Origin: Candidatus Latescibacterota bacterium
GTDB taxonomy: Bacteria > Latescibacterota > UBA2968 > UBA8231
DNA length: 64,000 bases
Assembly (NCBI GenBank): GCA_965206595.1
Contig: OZ242214.1
Location: 96,001 to 160,000 of the forward strand
Direction of reading: 5' to 3'
In this document: positions 47,006 through 57,477 of the stretch, piece after piece
How positions within the stretch are numbered: position 1 is the first letter of the stretch
Layout: every line of letters begins with the position of its first letter
Translations under genes and position numbers: made by a program
Notes under the pieces: generated by a model
Databases searched by the model: none
The model's input: only the letters and a program-made list of their open reading frames with translations
Told to the model about the DNA's origin: nothing

Positions 47006-50000
47006 GGAGGCTCCGGGGACATTGGGGCGGACGCGCGTCCGCCCTGGCGGCTGCCCTTCTCCTCGCGGCGGGGGCCGGGGGACAGGAGGCCGGGACGTGG
47101 CGCGTTCTGGCGGTCCGGGTCGACTTCCCGCTCGAGGAGCCTGACGAGCCTTCGACTTCAGGCAGGGGGAAATTCGACCTCCGCACAAGCGCAGAAGCTC
47201 TCACTGACTACACCTTTCCCTACGATCTTCCACCTCACGACCGCCTCTATTTCGAGCGCCATCTCGACGCTCTCGGCCGCTACTACCGGACCGTTTCGGA
47301 GGGCCGCGTCGACATCGACTACGAAGTTTTCCCTACCGGTCTGAACGACGCTTACACCTTGCCGGAGCCGGCATTGCAGTACGGCATCGGCCGCTCGCCG
47401 CAGGAGATAACCGAAAAGTGGGTACGGTTGGTGCGCGACGCGGTCGAGCTTGCCCAGGCGGATGCCGGGGGTCCCGATTTTCCCCGGTTCGACAGCTACC
47501 TGTTTGCGCACGCCGGGGCCGGGCACGAGACCGGCCAGCTGAACGACATCCGCTCGGTGTTTCTGTCCGCGGACGACTTCGAGGGGAGTGCTGCGGGAGG
47601 TCCGATTCTCGCGGACGGCGTCGAGATCCGCGAGGCGTGGATCCTCCCCGAGGCGGTCGAAGGCAGCGACCGCGCCGGCGCCGGGCTCAACGGCCTGATG
47701 GCGAAGTTCTTCGGCCACCAGCTCGGGCTCCCCGGGCTGTCGAACTTCGCCGCCGGTCTGCCTGGGACCGGCGGCTGGAGCCTGATGGACGGCGGTCCCA
47801 ACCGGGTCGGCTTCCTGCTTCAGGGAGGTCAGTTGCAGACACTGTTCGGGTTCGTGCCCCCCCACCCGATCGCCTGGAGCAAGGCCCGCCTGGGCTGGAT
47901 CGAACCGCTCGCCGTGCGGCGGGATACCGCGGTCGCGGTGGCGGTGACGGACCGCACGGTTGCGCCGGGACAGCACAAGGCGGTGCGGGTGCCGATCTCG
48001 GCGACGGAGTATTTCCTGATCGAGAATCGCCAGCGGCGCGGCAACGCGGCGCTGCCCGAGGGGGTCGAGCCGCCGTTTGCGGGGATCGACGTAACCTGGA
48101 TCGAACCCGACGAGGTGGAATTTTCCGGGTCCGGGGACCCCGGCAGCGATCCGGATGCCGCACCCGAGACCGGGGTCTGGCTCGGGGTCGAGGAGTACGA
48201 CGCTTTCGTTCCCGGTTCCGGGATCCTGATCTGGCACGTCGACGAGGCCGTCATCGCGGCCGGGGAAGCGGAGGGAGGAATCAACAACGATCGCATCAAC
48301 CCCGGAATCGCGCTGGAGGAGGCGGACGGCGAGCGCGACATCGGCAACGCCTTTTTCGATCGCCAGGATGTCACCGAGGGCAGCCCTGCCGATCCCTTCT
48401 TCGCCGGGGAAGGGCGCGGAGGCATCCTTTCGAAGACTCTGTTCGGGCCCGGCACGACGCCGAGCACCGCGACCAACACCGGGGTTGCCAGCGGCATTCG
48501 CATCGAAGTGCTCTCCACCCTCGCCGACGTGATGACGGTCGGCATTCGCTTCAACGGCCCCCTGCCGGGCTGGCCGGCCAGCCTGCCGGCGGGGTCGCGG
48601 CTGCAGGCGGTCGATCTCGACGGCGACGGGGCCGCGGAGCTGCTGGCGGCAAACCACAGCGGCATTCACCTGTTCGCCAGCGGCCGGGCAACCGTCTCCG
48701 CTTCCTTTTCCGGAACGTACCTCGCCGCGGCTGCGGGGGGACCGGCAGAACCCGGCATGATTTTCGTGGCCTCGGGACGGGACGTCGCCGCCTACCTCCC
48801 GGATGGGGACGCGCCGGAGTGGTCGGCGAGCCTTGCCGGGGAGGCGGTAGTCGGACTCCGCGGCCGCCCGGGAGACTTGGCGCAGGAAGCGGCCCTCGCC
48901 GTGGCCACCGCCTCGAGAATCGAGCTTCTGAGCGCCGGCACCGGCGAGGTGCTGGCCGCTTTCGACCTTCCCGGAACCATCGCCCTCGGTCTGCTGCCGG
49001 ACGCCGGGGGGGAGAGGTCGCAGCTGCTGGTCACCACGGCAGACGCGGTCGCGGCCCTGGGGCCTGACGGCCTCCGGTGGCTCTGGGAACATCCCGGCGA
49101 AGGTCCGCTCTTGCCGGGCATCGCCGGAGACCTGGGCGGCGGCCGCGGCAGCGAGATCGTCTCCGTCTCCACCGACGGCACCGTTTCCGTCCTGAACGCG
49201 GAAGGGGAGGTTCTCTGGCAGGTGATGCTGCCGGAGAGTGCCGCCGCCCCTGCCGCCCTCGGGGACGTAGACGGCGACGGTTCCCTGGAGATTGCCGTGG
49301 CCACCGCTGCCGCGGTCGATCTGCTGCGGGAGAACGGCCACCGGATGTCGTCGTTTCCGGTGGAGTTCCGGAGACACCGGCAGCTCGGAGCGACCGCGGG
49401 CGAGCCGCTCCTGGCCGATCTCGACGGCGACGGCAGGCAGGAGATCCTCGTGGCGGCCAGCGCCGGTGCGATCGCCGGCATCGACGACGACGGCAGTCAA
49501 CTCGGCGGCTTTCCGGTTCTGACCGCGGCGGCGGTCAGCTCGACGCCGGTAGCCGCGGACCTCGACGGCGACGGGGAACTGGAGGTCGCCGTCCTGGCAG
49601 GAGACTTCGCCTACGCCTGGGATCCGCAGCGCCTGTCTCCGGGGCTGGGCGGGAGCGGAGTCGCCGCCTGGGGCCAGGGCGGGGCGGACGCAGAGGGGAG
49701 CCGCGCCCACCGCGGGGAACGCGTCCCGGCCCCGCCGCGAGTTGCCCTGCTGCCGGCCGACAGGGCGTACTGTTACCCCAATCCCGTCGGCCCGCGGCAG
49801 CGCGCCCACCTGCGCTACTACCTGAGCGGTGCGGCCGACATCGAGCTCGAGGTGTTCGACGCCATCGGAAGGCGGGTCGAGAGGCGCCGGTGGAGCGCCG
49901 GCTCGCCGCAGTCGGAGGCCGGGGAGAACGAGATCACCTGGGCGACCGGCGACTACGACAGCGGGCTCTACCTCTGCCGGCTCGAGGCGAGCGGCACCGA

Positions 50001-50046
50001 CGGCAGCCGCGGCCACGTCATCGTGCGCATGGCGGTCGCCCGATGA
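47002..50046 (+). CDS. Secreted M6-like (immune inhibitor A) domain protein with FG-GAP repeats and a T9SS CTD (start uncertain)
   Basis: VLAVRVDF, HAGAG, WSLMD.G, AWSK..LGW, EYFLIENRQ and GILIWHVDE; DLDGDG repeats; YCYPNP..SGLYLCRL. Confidence 0.8.
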   Translation: MRRLRGHWGGRASALAAALLLAAGAGGQEAGTWRVLAVRVDFPLEEPDEPSTSGRGKFDLRTSAEALTDYTFPYDLPPHDRLYFERHLDALGRYYRTVSEGRVDIDYEVFPTGLNDAYTLPEPALQYGIGRSPQEITEKWVRLVRDAVELAQADAGGPDFPRFDSYLFAHAGAGHETGQLNDIRSVFLSADDFEGSAAGGPILADGVEIREAWILPEAVEGSDRAGAGLNGLMAKFFGHQLGLPGLSNFAAGLPGTGGWSLMDGGPNRVGFLLQGGQLQTLFGFVPPHPIAWSKARLGWIEPLAVRRDTAVAVAVTDRTVAPGQHKAVRVPISATEYFLIENRQRRGNAALPEGVEPPFAGIDVTWIEPDEVEFSGSGDPGSDPDAAPETGVWLGVEEYDAFVPGSGILIWHVDEAVIAAGEAEGGINNDRINPGIALEEADGERDIGNAFFDRQDVTEGSPADPFFAGEGRGGILSKTLFGPGTTPSTATNTGVASGIRIEVLSTLADVMTVGIRFNGPLPGWPASLPAGSRLQAVDLDGDGAAELLAANHSGIHLFASGRATVSASFSGTYLAAAAGGPAEPGMIFVASGRDVAAYLPDGDAPEWSASLAGEAVVGLRGRPGDLAQEAALAVATASRIELLSAGTGEVLAAFDLPGTIALGLLPDAGGERSQLLVTTADAVAALGPDGLRWLWEHPGEGPLLPGIAGDLGGGRGSEIVSVSTDGTVSVLNAEGEVLWQVMLPESAAAPAALGDVDGDGSLEIAVATAAAVDLLRENGHRMSSFPVEFRRHRQLGATAGEPLLADLDGDGRQEILVAASAGAIAGIDDDGSQLGGFPVLTAAAVSSTPVAADLDGDGELEVAVLAGDFAYAWDPQRLSPGLGGSGVAAWGQGGADAEGSRAHRGERVPAPPRVALLPADRAYCYPNPVGPRQRAHLRYYLSGAADIELEVFDAIGRRVERRRWSAGSPQSEAGENEITWATGDYDSGLYLCRLEASGTDGSRGHVIVRMAVAR

Positions 50047-53000
50047 AACCGGCGGCGCCGGCCCTCCTCATACTGCTGTTCTGGCAGGGAGCTGCCCAGG
50101 CGCAGAACCACCCGGAGCTGCAGTGGGAGATCCTGCAGACCCCCCACTTCGAGGTCTTCTACCACGACGGGCTGCAGCAGGCTGCGGAGAGAGCTGCCGA
50201 GATCGCCGAAGCGGCGTACGGTCCGGTGACCGACCTCTACCATTACCGCCCCGGCGGCAGGGTGCGCATCGTCCTCAAGGATTACGACGACTACGCCAAC
50301 GGAGCCGCCTTCTTCTATCACGACGCGATCGAGATATGGACCACCCCCCTCGATCACGACTTCGACCTGCGCGGCACCTGCGACTGGCTGGCCAACGTCA
50401 TCACCCACGAGTTCGTGCACATCGTCTCTCTCGGAGCGGCGCGCAAGGCATGGAAACGCACCCCGGCGCTGTATCTCCAGCATTTCGGCTACCAGCGCGA
50501 GCGCAACCGCCCCGATGTCCTGACCGGGTTTCCCGACTTGCTGGTGTCGTATCCCCTGGCGGCCACGGTTTTCCCGATGTGGTTCGCCGAGGGAGTGGCC
50601 CAGTACCAGGTGGCCGCGGCCAGGCACGACCGCTGGGACGCTCACCGCGACATGGTGCTGCGCGTTGCCGCGCTCGAGGAGGAGATGCTGTCGTTCGACC
50701 GGATGGGGGTGTTCGCCAAGGCCGGCTTCGGCAACGAGTTCGTCTACGACCACGGCTACGCCCTGGTCCGCTACATTGCCGCCGAGCACGGCGACGACGC
50801 CCTGCAGCAGTTATGCGCCGCCCTGTCCGGCTGGCGCACCCTCGAGATCGACGGCGCCATCGAGGAGGTTCTCGGCATCACCGCCGACCAGCTCTACGAG
50901 GGGTGGCGGCGGCAGCTGGGGGAGCGCTACGGCAGGCAGCTCGCCGGTATCGGAGAGTTGCGGGAAGGTGAGGAGATCACCGATGCGGGGTTCTCCAACA
51001 TCCACCCGGCGTACGCCCCCGGAGGGGACCGGCTTGCCTTCCTCTCCACCGGGACAAGGGAATACGGACCCCACCGGCTCGTCATCCGCGACCTGGAGAC
51101 CGGGGAGGACGAGGTCATCGCCGCCGGCGTCGTGTCGCGGCCGACCTGGTCGCCGGACGGGCGCAGGATCGCTTACGTGCGCAAGCACCGCGCCGACAAG
51201 TACGGCTCGCGCCAGGCGGACGTTTTCACCTGCGACCTCGACGGCGACGAGCCGGGATTGCTGTCGAAACTGGCCTGGGCGCTGCCGGGAATGGTGGTCT
51301 CCTTCGCCCCGGAACCGGAGCGGGTGAAGCAGCTTTCCACCGGACTGCGCGCCCTCTACCCGGCCTGGTCCCCCGACGGCGAGTGGCTGGCGTTCATCCG
51401 CAACCAGGGCGGCTCGAACAACCTCGGCCTGCTCAGCGCCGACGGGACCGTCGTCCTCCACCTCACCGACTTCACCGACGGCACCGAGCTCTACACGCCG
51501 AGCTGGTCCCCGGACGGCGGGACCCTGGCCCTGTCCGTTTCCCGCAAGGGGCAGCGGGACCTCGTCCTGGTCGACCTCGAGCGCGGCCGGATCGACGCCC
51601 TTGCCAGGGAGCTGAGGAGCGGTAGCGGAGAGCAGGGGAGCGGTCCGATAGTTCATACCGATACGAGCCTGGCCGGCTCCATGCGGCCCCTGGTGGCGAC
51701 GGATGCCACCGAGCGGGATCCGGCCTGGACATCCGGGGGTGAGATCCTATTCGCCTCCGACGCCACCGGCATTTTCAACATCTACGCGATTCCGGCGGGG
51801 AAGGGGGAGATCCGCCGCATCACCAACGTGGTGGGGGGGGCGATCAATCCCGCGGCCGGTCCCGAAGGCAGCGTGGTCTTCTCCTCCTACGGAGCGGACG
51901 GGTTCCGTCTGCGCTCCATGGTGGACCGCGGCGGCAACGAGGCGGAGTTCATGCTGGACGGCATCGAGGCGGCGACCGCTTCGATGCCCGGGGCAGTTGC
52001 ACCGGAATTCCTGCCGGAGCCGGCAGCCCGCCCGGACCGGACGGCCGGGGGTGTCCTTGCGGAGCGGTCCTCCGCAGCGGCCTCTCCGGCAGCGATTTCC
52101 GCCCCGCGGGCGTACGGAGGAGAGCTGCTCAGGACGATGGTTCTGCCGCGCCTGATGTGGGACGAGGGCCGCTTCAAGGGGGGAGCGTACGCCGCGTCTT
52201 CCGACGTCCTGCGGAAGCAGAGCCTGTTCGGCGGCTTTGGCATCTCCCCGGACAACGGCGACCGCGAGCTCTTCGCCCTGTACGAGCACCGCGGCTGGCG
52301 GCCGACGGTGTTTCTCGAGTACTACCACCAGAAACGCCACACCAGCCGCGGCGACAGCAGCGACGCGCGGGATGACATCGTCACGGGGATGAACTTCAGT
52401 CTCAACCAGGTCTCCGCAGGCCTGAGGATCGGGGACGAGTTGCCCTCCCTGAGGCGCCAGCTCACCCTGTCGCTGACCTACGACCGCTACGACGCCGGCC
52501 TCGACTGGGAAGCCTTCGTAACCCGCAGCGACGGCGCCCCCGGTTTCGAGCGCCGCCGCATGAAACCGATCGGCTATACCTACCTGAACGGCTTCGCCCT
52601 CGGGGCCCGCTACGACTACGAAACGGTGGAGCGCCGCCGCGACAGGGAGATCAGCCCTCGCGGGGGCCGCCGCATCCGCTTCCGCTACGACCGGGTGTTC
52701 AACTTCTTCCTCGAGGAATTCAACCGCAACAACGCTTCCTTCCTCGAGGAGGTGTACCTCAAACTGTTCTACAACCAGTGGACCCTGGACTGGAGGGAAT
52801 ACCTCGGCACGCCGTTCGACACCGCCCTGGAGCTGCGTTTCTTCGGAGGGTGGATCGACAGCGACAAGGTCGACGGCGACGACGTCAACGACTTCTTCGA
52901 CTACCACCTCGGCGGCCTGCAATACATGAAGGGGTACACCTTTTACAGCATAGAGGGGCGCAAGGCGGCGATGGGATCGGCGTTGTTTCGCTTCCCCCTT

Positions 53001-53285
53001 CTGCCCGACATGCGAAGGCGGCTCTTTCACATCTACCTCGACAAGCTGTACGGAGCGGTCTACGGAAGCATGGGCAAAGCCTGGGACGAGAAGTTCGGCG
53101 ATACCGATCCCTTCTACGGCCGCTCCGGCCCGTTGCGCGACATCGGCGTTCAGTTGCGCCTCGATTCGATCTCGTATTACAGTTTGCCGACCCGGGCACA
53201 GGCCGATCTCGCGCGCGGGATCGACGAGCTGCCCGGTCGCTCCCACTGGAAATTCTACCTCACCGTACTGTTCGGATATCTGTAG
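50043..53285 (+). CDS. Gluzincin-like peptidase + TolB/PD40 propeller + BamA/TamA-like barrel protein
   Basis: T.HF.VFY, HEFVH...WFAEG.A, repeated P.WSPDG, and an aromatic beta-barrel C-terminus. Confidence 0.82.
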   Translation: MKPAAPALLILLFWQGAAQAQNHPELQWEILQTPHFEVFYHDGLQQAAERAAEIAEAAYGPVTDLYHYRPGGRVRIVLKDYDDYANGAAFFYHDAIEIWTTPLDHDFDLRGTCDWLANVITHEFVHIVSLGAARKAWKRTPALYLQHFGYQRERNRPDVLTGFPDLLVSYPLAATVFPMWFAEGVAQYQVAAARHDRWDAHRDMVLRVAALEEEMLSFDRMGVFAKAGFGNEFVYDHGYALVRYIAAEHGDDALQQLCAALSGWRTLEIDGAIEEVLGITADQLYEGWRRQLGERYGRQLAGIGELREGEEITDAGFSNIHPAYAPGGDRLAFLSTGTREYGPHRLVIRDLETGEDEVIAAGVVSRPTWSPDGRRIAYVRKHRADKYGSRQADVFTCDLDGDEPGLLSKLAWALPGMVVSFAPEPERVKQLSTGLRALYPAWSPDGEWLAFIRNQGGSNNLGLLSADGTVVLHLTDFTDGTELYTPSWSPDGGTLALSVSRKGQRDLVLVDLERGRIDALARELRSGSGEQGSGPIVHTDTSLAGSMRPLVATDATERDPAWTSGGEILFASDATGIFNIYAIPAGKGEIRRITNVVGGAINPAAGPEGSVVFSSYGADGFRLRSMVDRGGNEAEFMLDGIEAATASMPGAVAPEFLPEPAARPDRTAGGVLAERSSAAASPAAISAPRAYGGELLRTMVLPRLMWDEGRFKGGAYAASSDVLRKQSLFGGFGISPDNGDRELFALYEHRGWRPTVFLEYYHQKRHTSRGDSSDARDDIVTGMNFSLNQVSAGLRIGDELPSLRRQLTLSLTYDRYDAGLDWEAFVTRSDGAPGFERRRMKPIGYTYLNGFALGARYDYETVERRRDREISPRGGRRIRFRYDRVFNFFLEEFNRNNASFLEEVYLKLFYNQWTLDWREYLGTPFDTALELRFFGGWIDSDKVDGDDVNDFFDYHLGGLQYMKGYTFYSIEGRKAAMGSALFRFPLLPDMRRRLFHIYLDKLYGAVYGSMGKAWDEKFGDTDPFYGRSGPLRDIGVQLRLDSISYYSLPTRAQADLARGIDELPGRSHWKFYLTVLFGYL

Positions 53286-53299
53286 AAAGGAATGCCGCG

Positions 53300-54256
53300 A
53301 TGTTGATGTTTCCGAGTACCGGAGTACATGCCCCCGGCAGGGGCGCCTCGGTTCTGGCGATCTGCTGCGTCCTCGCCGCCGCCGCCCGGGCGGAGGAAGG
53401 GGCAGCCGGTTCCACCCGGTCGCAGCCCGGGCAGTCCTCCCTGATGGCGGAGGCGCAGCTGCCGCGGCTGTTCGAATCCGCTGCGGACGGCGGCGGTTGG
53501 CCGCGGATGCTGGCGCAGGCGGACAGCGCCGCCGGCCCCGATGAAGTGTCCCCGCGGCCACAGCCGCTGAAGTCGCCGGGGAGAGCCCTGCTCTATTCCG
53601 CCCTGCTGCCCGGAGTGGGGGAGTTTTACGCCGGGGCCAGGAAAAGGGCGGCCCTGTTCTTTGGTTTGGAAGCCGCCGCCTGGGGGGTCTATTTCTCCTG
53701 GAACGGCAAGGGGAAGGAACTCGAGGAGGATTTCAGGGGGGTAGCGGACGAGCAGTGGGACGTGCTCAGGTACGTGGACTGGAGGGGGTCGCCGATCTCG
53801 CGCAATTCATCGATTACGCACGTCCTGCCGTGCAGCACGTTCGTCGTCGGCGGGGAGGGCATTTCCGGTTGTCCCGACATCGAGAAGCAGCAGTACTACG
53901 AGCTGATCGGGAAGTACGACCAGTTCGTCTCGGGATGGGAGGACGTCAGGGGCCGGGACGGCAACCTCGTTCAGCCGACCGAGATCGACTCGGTCGAGAA
54001 CTTCCTTTCGGAGCAGCGCTTCGCCTACGAAGATCAGCGCAACGACAGCAACAGGTTCCTCAAGAGAGCGACCAACGTCGCCGGCCTGATACTGGTCAAC
54101 CACGTCATCAGCGCCATCGATGCCGCCCGGGCGGCTCGCGCCACGGCAGCAGGTGCCGACCAGGCGATGCTACAGCGACGGACGCGGTTCGCCTTGGTCC
54201 GCGGCGGACCCTCCGGAAAGACCCCGATGATCCTCGCCTGGAGGCCGCTCTACTAA
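53300..54256 (+). CDS. DUF5683-like membrane protein
   Basis: KSPGRALLYSALLPG.GEFY, QQYYE.IGKY.QF..GW and NH.ISAIDA motifs. Confidence 0.7.
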   Translation: MLMFPSTGVHAPGRGASVLAICCVLAAAARAEEGAAGSTRSQPGQSSLMAEAQLPRLFESAADGGGWPRMLAQADSAAGPDEVSPRPQPLKSPGRALLYSALLPGVGEFYAGARKRAALFFGLEAAAWGVYFSWNGKGKELEEDFRGVADEQWDVLRYVDWRGSPISRNSSITHVLPCSTFVVGGEGISGCPDIEKQQYYELIGKYDQFVSGWEDVRGRDGNLVQPTEIDSVENFLSEQRFAYEDQRNDSNRFLKRATNVAGLILVNHVISAIDAARAARATAAGADQAMLQRRTRFALVRGGPSGKTPMILAWRPLY

Positions 54257-54892
54257 ATGGCGCTGCGCGCCCTCGCTCCAGGCGCCCTCGCCCTGATGTT
54301 GATGGCGGCTCCCGCGCATGCCGGGACATCGGCGGTCAGGGCCTTCTGGTCGTCGCTGCTGCTTCCGGGAGCCGGCCAGTACCTCAACGGCCACGCGACC
54401 GCGGCCGCTCGCTTTCTCGGTTTCGAGGCGGCGCTGTGGGGGAGCTACCTGGGATTTCGAGGGATCGCCGATATCCGCGAGCGGAACTTCCGAACCCACG
54501 CCGCGGTTCACGCCGAAGCCAGTACGTCGGGAAAGTCGAAGCGATACTTCGACGACCTCGGATTTTACCAGAGTTTCCACCAGCACAACCGCTACGCGGC
54601 GGTGGAAGAGGGGGCCTCCGCCCAGCTGTATCCCGACAGCGAGGAGTTCTTCTGGGAGTGGGACCAGGAGGAGTCGCGACTGCGCTTCCGCGAGCTGCGG
54701 AATTCCGCCCGGGGCGCCGATCGCAACGCCGTCATGGCTACCGGGCTGATCTTCGCCAACCACCTCGTCGCCGCGGTCCACGCCGCCCGCCGGGCAATGG
54801 CGCCGCCTGCCGCCGTGCAGGAGCGAGCCGTGCAGCTCCAACTGGTCGCCCTTCCTCAGCGGACGACCGTGGCCCTCCTCCACCGCTTCTGA
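54257..54892 (+). CDS. DUF5683-like membrane protein (paralogue)
   Basis: SLLLPGAGQY, W.W....R..F...R and NH.VAAVHA motifs. Confidence 0.68.
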   Translation: MALRALAPGALALMLMAAPAHAGTSAVRAFWSSLLLPGAGQYLNGHATAAARFLGFEAALWGSYLGFRGIADIRERNFRTHAAVHAEASTSGKSKRYFDDLGFYQSFHQHNRYAAVEEGASAQLYPDSEEFFWEWDQEESRLRFRELRNSARGADRNAVMATGLIFANHLVAAVHAARRAMAPPAAVQERAVQLQLVALPQRTTVALLHRF

Positions 54893-54904
54893 CGCATCGG
54901 CCCA

Positions 54905-56590
54905 ATGCCGGCCGCGATGGACCGACCAGGAGTCCCCTTCCTTATTGCGGTTGTCCTGTGGGCCCTCGGCATGAGCCCGGATCCGGGGTCCGCCGCGGCG
55001 CCGTACCTGTGCGGCACGCGCCTGATCGAGCGGCATGCCGGGGGGCTCCCGCTGCCGGATCCGCCGCTACAGGCGGCCAAGCCCTCGTCCGGCGCGGACG
55101 CCGAGCAGGATCCCGCCGGCATCGGCGTCGGGACCCTGCAGGAGTTCGCTGTCGCCGGCAGCCCGCAGCTGACGCAGGCGACCTGCCGCTACGCAGGCGA
55201 GCGGGTGTTCGTGTTCGTCGAGGATCGCCAGTGGGATACCAACGGCGGCTCTATACTGCAATCGCACGTCGACGGTCTCGGGGACCTGTTCGAGCGCTCC
55301 ACCCCTGCCGATCCCGGGCGCGGGATCCACGACCTTTGCACCGAGGCCTTCGGTGCGGTCCCCGACGTCGACGGCTATCCCGAGGTGTTCCTGCTGGTTC
55401 TCGACATCCCCGATTCCCGGGTGGTAGGCTATTTCGACGCCCGCGTCGCCGGGCACGAGGTGCCCGAGCTGCGCCGGGACATCCTCTACGTCGACGAGTG
55501 GTTTGTGCGCCGTCAAACCTACCTGGCGCGCGGCACCCTGGCGCACGAGTTCCAGCACCTCATCCACTGGGGCCACGACAAGGACGAGGAGATCTGGCTG
55601 AACGAGGGGATGTCGGGCTACGCCGAGGCCCTGACCGGGTTTCCCGAGGCGGACTCGACCGTCGTCGGGGCGTTTCTGCAGCGCCCGGGGGCCGGCCTGA
55701 CGGAGTGGGAAAACCAGGCCTGGAACTACGGATCGACCTACCTGTTCTCGGCTTTTCTCGCCGAGCGCTACGGCGAAGACCTGATCCGCTCAATAGTCGC
55801 CGAGCCGGAGAACGGCATCGACGGCATCGACGCCGCCTTTGCCGGTCTGGGCCTCGGAGGGGACTTCCGGGAAGCTTGGTCGCGCTGGGTTCTCGGCAAC
55901 TACATCGGCGATGAAGATGAATTCAGCTACGGGGCGCTACAGGGGCGGCGGGCGCTCTGGTACCCGGCGGACGGTCTGCCGCTGGAGAATCTCGGCGGCA
56001 GCGTCGAGGACCAGTGGGGGACGATCGCCATTCTGTTGCGAACCCCGGGGAGTCTTCAGGTGGAGTTCTCCGGAAAGGAGGAGGCGCGGCACCGGGTCTG
56101 GGCCTGGTCTATGCGGGCCCGCGTGGGTGAGCTTCGCGAACTCGAGCTCGATGTCTCGAACCGCGGCTCCGTGGTGGCGACGGAGATCGACAGCATGGCG
56201 CTGATCGTCGGCAGAATTTCCATCGAAAAGGGGGGATTCGAGGTCTCGGCGCGCCACGACCCGGAGACGGCGGTCGAGCAGCCGCTGGCCGCGGCCAGCC
56301 CGGTCTTCCGGCTCGGGGCCGCATACCCCAATCCCTTCAACGCCGCGATGCGCATCCCCTTCTCCGGGGGTGCCGAGGGGCTGAAGGTCTTCTTGTACAA
56401 CGCCGCGGGCCAGCGCCTCGGGGAGCTGACGCCGCTGTCCGGCTCGCGCGAAATAGCCTGGGACGGCCGCGACGGCGGAGGACGGCGGGTTGCGAGCGGA
56501 GTCTACTGGATCCTCGCGCAACCGAAGTCGGGAACGGGCGGCCGCGGCACCTCGCATGTGCACCGCACCGCGGTGACGCTTATCAGATAG
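54905..56590 (+). CDS. Secreted zinc metallopeptidase (M30-like) with a FlgD/T9SS CTD
   Basis: TLAHEFQHLI..WLNEGMS; AYPNPFN..WDGRD..G..VASGVY. Confidence 0.82.
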   Translation: MPAAMDRPGVPFLIAVVLWALGMSPDPGSAAAPYLCGTRLIERHAGGLPLPDPPLQAAKPSSGADAEQDPAGIGVGTLQEFAVAGSPQLTQATCRYAGERVFVFVEDRQWDTNGGSILQSHVDGLGDLFERSTPADPGRGIHDLCTEAFGAVPDVDGYPEVFLLVLDIPDSRVVGYFDARVAGHEVPELRRDILYVDEWFVRRQTYLARGTLAHEFQHLIHWGHDKDEEIWLNEGMSGYAEALTGFPEADSTVVGAFLQRPGAGLTEWENQAWNYGSTYLFSAFLAERYGEDLIRSIVAEPENGIDGIDAAFAGLGLGGDFREAWSRWVLGNYIGDEDEFSYGALQGRRALWYPADGLPLENLGGSVEDQWGTIAILLRTPGSLQVEFSGKEEARHRVWAWSMRARVGELRELELDVSNRGSVVATEIDSMALIVGRISIEKGGFEVSARHDPETAVEQPLAAASPVFRLGAAYPNPFNAAMRIPFSGGAEGLKVFLYNAAGQRLGELTPLSGSREIAWDGRDGGGRRVASGVYWILAQPKSGTGGRGTSHVHRTAVTLIR

Positions 56591-57155
56591 AGAGAGGGCC
56601 GGCCTGCGAGGTTCCGGCGGCTTCGGTTCGCGCGCGCGGAAGTCTTCCCGCCGGGCAGACCCCGGAACAGTCGCACCTGTCGAGACAGTCGGAGAGCCGT
56701 TCCCCGGTCTCGGGATGCACGAGCCCGGGTGCCAGCTCCAGCAGGGGCCTGAGCACGAAGCAGCGCCAGGTCATGCGGGGATGGGGAACCTGCAGGTCCG
56801 TATCGGCGACGATCCGGCTGCCGTACAGCAGCAGGTCGAGATCGAGGGTCCGCGGACCATCGGGGATCAGCCGCTGCCTGCCGTGCTCCATTTCGATGGC
56901 CAGCAGGGACCGCAGCAGCTCGGAGGGGGCAAGTCGGGTGCGCACCAATGCCGCTGCGTTGAGGAAGCGGGGCTGGTCCACGAGTCCGATCGGGTCTGTT
57001 TCGAAGAGCGACGACGGCTGACAGAGCTCGACCCCGGGCAGCCCGCTTATCGCCGCCACCCCGGAGGCCATGAACCCGCGCCGGTCTCCCAGGTTGGAGC
57101 CGAGACCGACAAAAACGTCCTCAGGCAAAGGATTTCGAGATCTCGACTTCGACAC
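56583..57155 (-). CDS. folK: 2-amino-4-hydroxy-6-hydroxymethyldihydropteridine diphosphokinase
   Basis: GLGSNLGDR, FLNA, GPRTLDLDLL and PHPRM..R.FVL.PL motifs. Confidence 0.95.
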   Translation of the reverse strand: MSKSRSRNPLPEDVFVGLGSNLGDRRGFMASGVAAISGLPGVELCQPSSLFETDPIGLVDQPRFLNAAALVRTRLAPSELLRSLLAIEMEHGRQRLIPDGPRTLDLDLLLYGSRIVADTDLQVPHPRMTWRCFVLRPLLELAPGLVHPETGERLSDCLDRCDCSGVCPAGRLPRARTEAAGTSQAGPLSI

Positions 57156-57477
57156 TGCCGAGCTGTCCGGCGATGGGGGGGTGCGGCTTGCGCACCCGCA
57201 CCGTCACCAGCGGGGGGGCGAAACGGTCGCCGATGCGTCGGACGATCTCCGCGGCCAGGGCTTCGATCAGCATGAAGCGCTCCTGTTCCACGGTTTCCTC
57301 GACCAGTCTGAAAACCTCGACGTAGTCCAGGGTGCACTCCGGCGAATCCGGATCCGCAGGCAGCGGCAGTTTCAACTCGACGTCGGCCTGGAACTCCTGG
57401 CCGAGCACCTGCTCCTCGGGATGGACCCCGTGATGGCCGAAGAACCGCAGGTCGTGCAGGCGCAGGAAGTAGGTCAT
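57121..57477 (-). CDS. folB: Dihydroneopterin aldolase
   Basis: FFGHHGV..EE..LGQ.F..D, LDY, LIE.LA and V.VRKP.PPI motifs. Confidence 0.93.
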   Translation of the reverse strand: MTYFLRLHDLRFFGHHGVHPEEQVLGQEFQADVELKLPLPADPDSPECTLDYVEVFRLVEETVEQERFMLIEALAAEIVRRIGDRFAPPLVTVRVRKPHPPIAGQLGSVEVEISKSFA

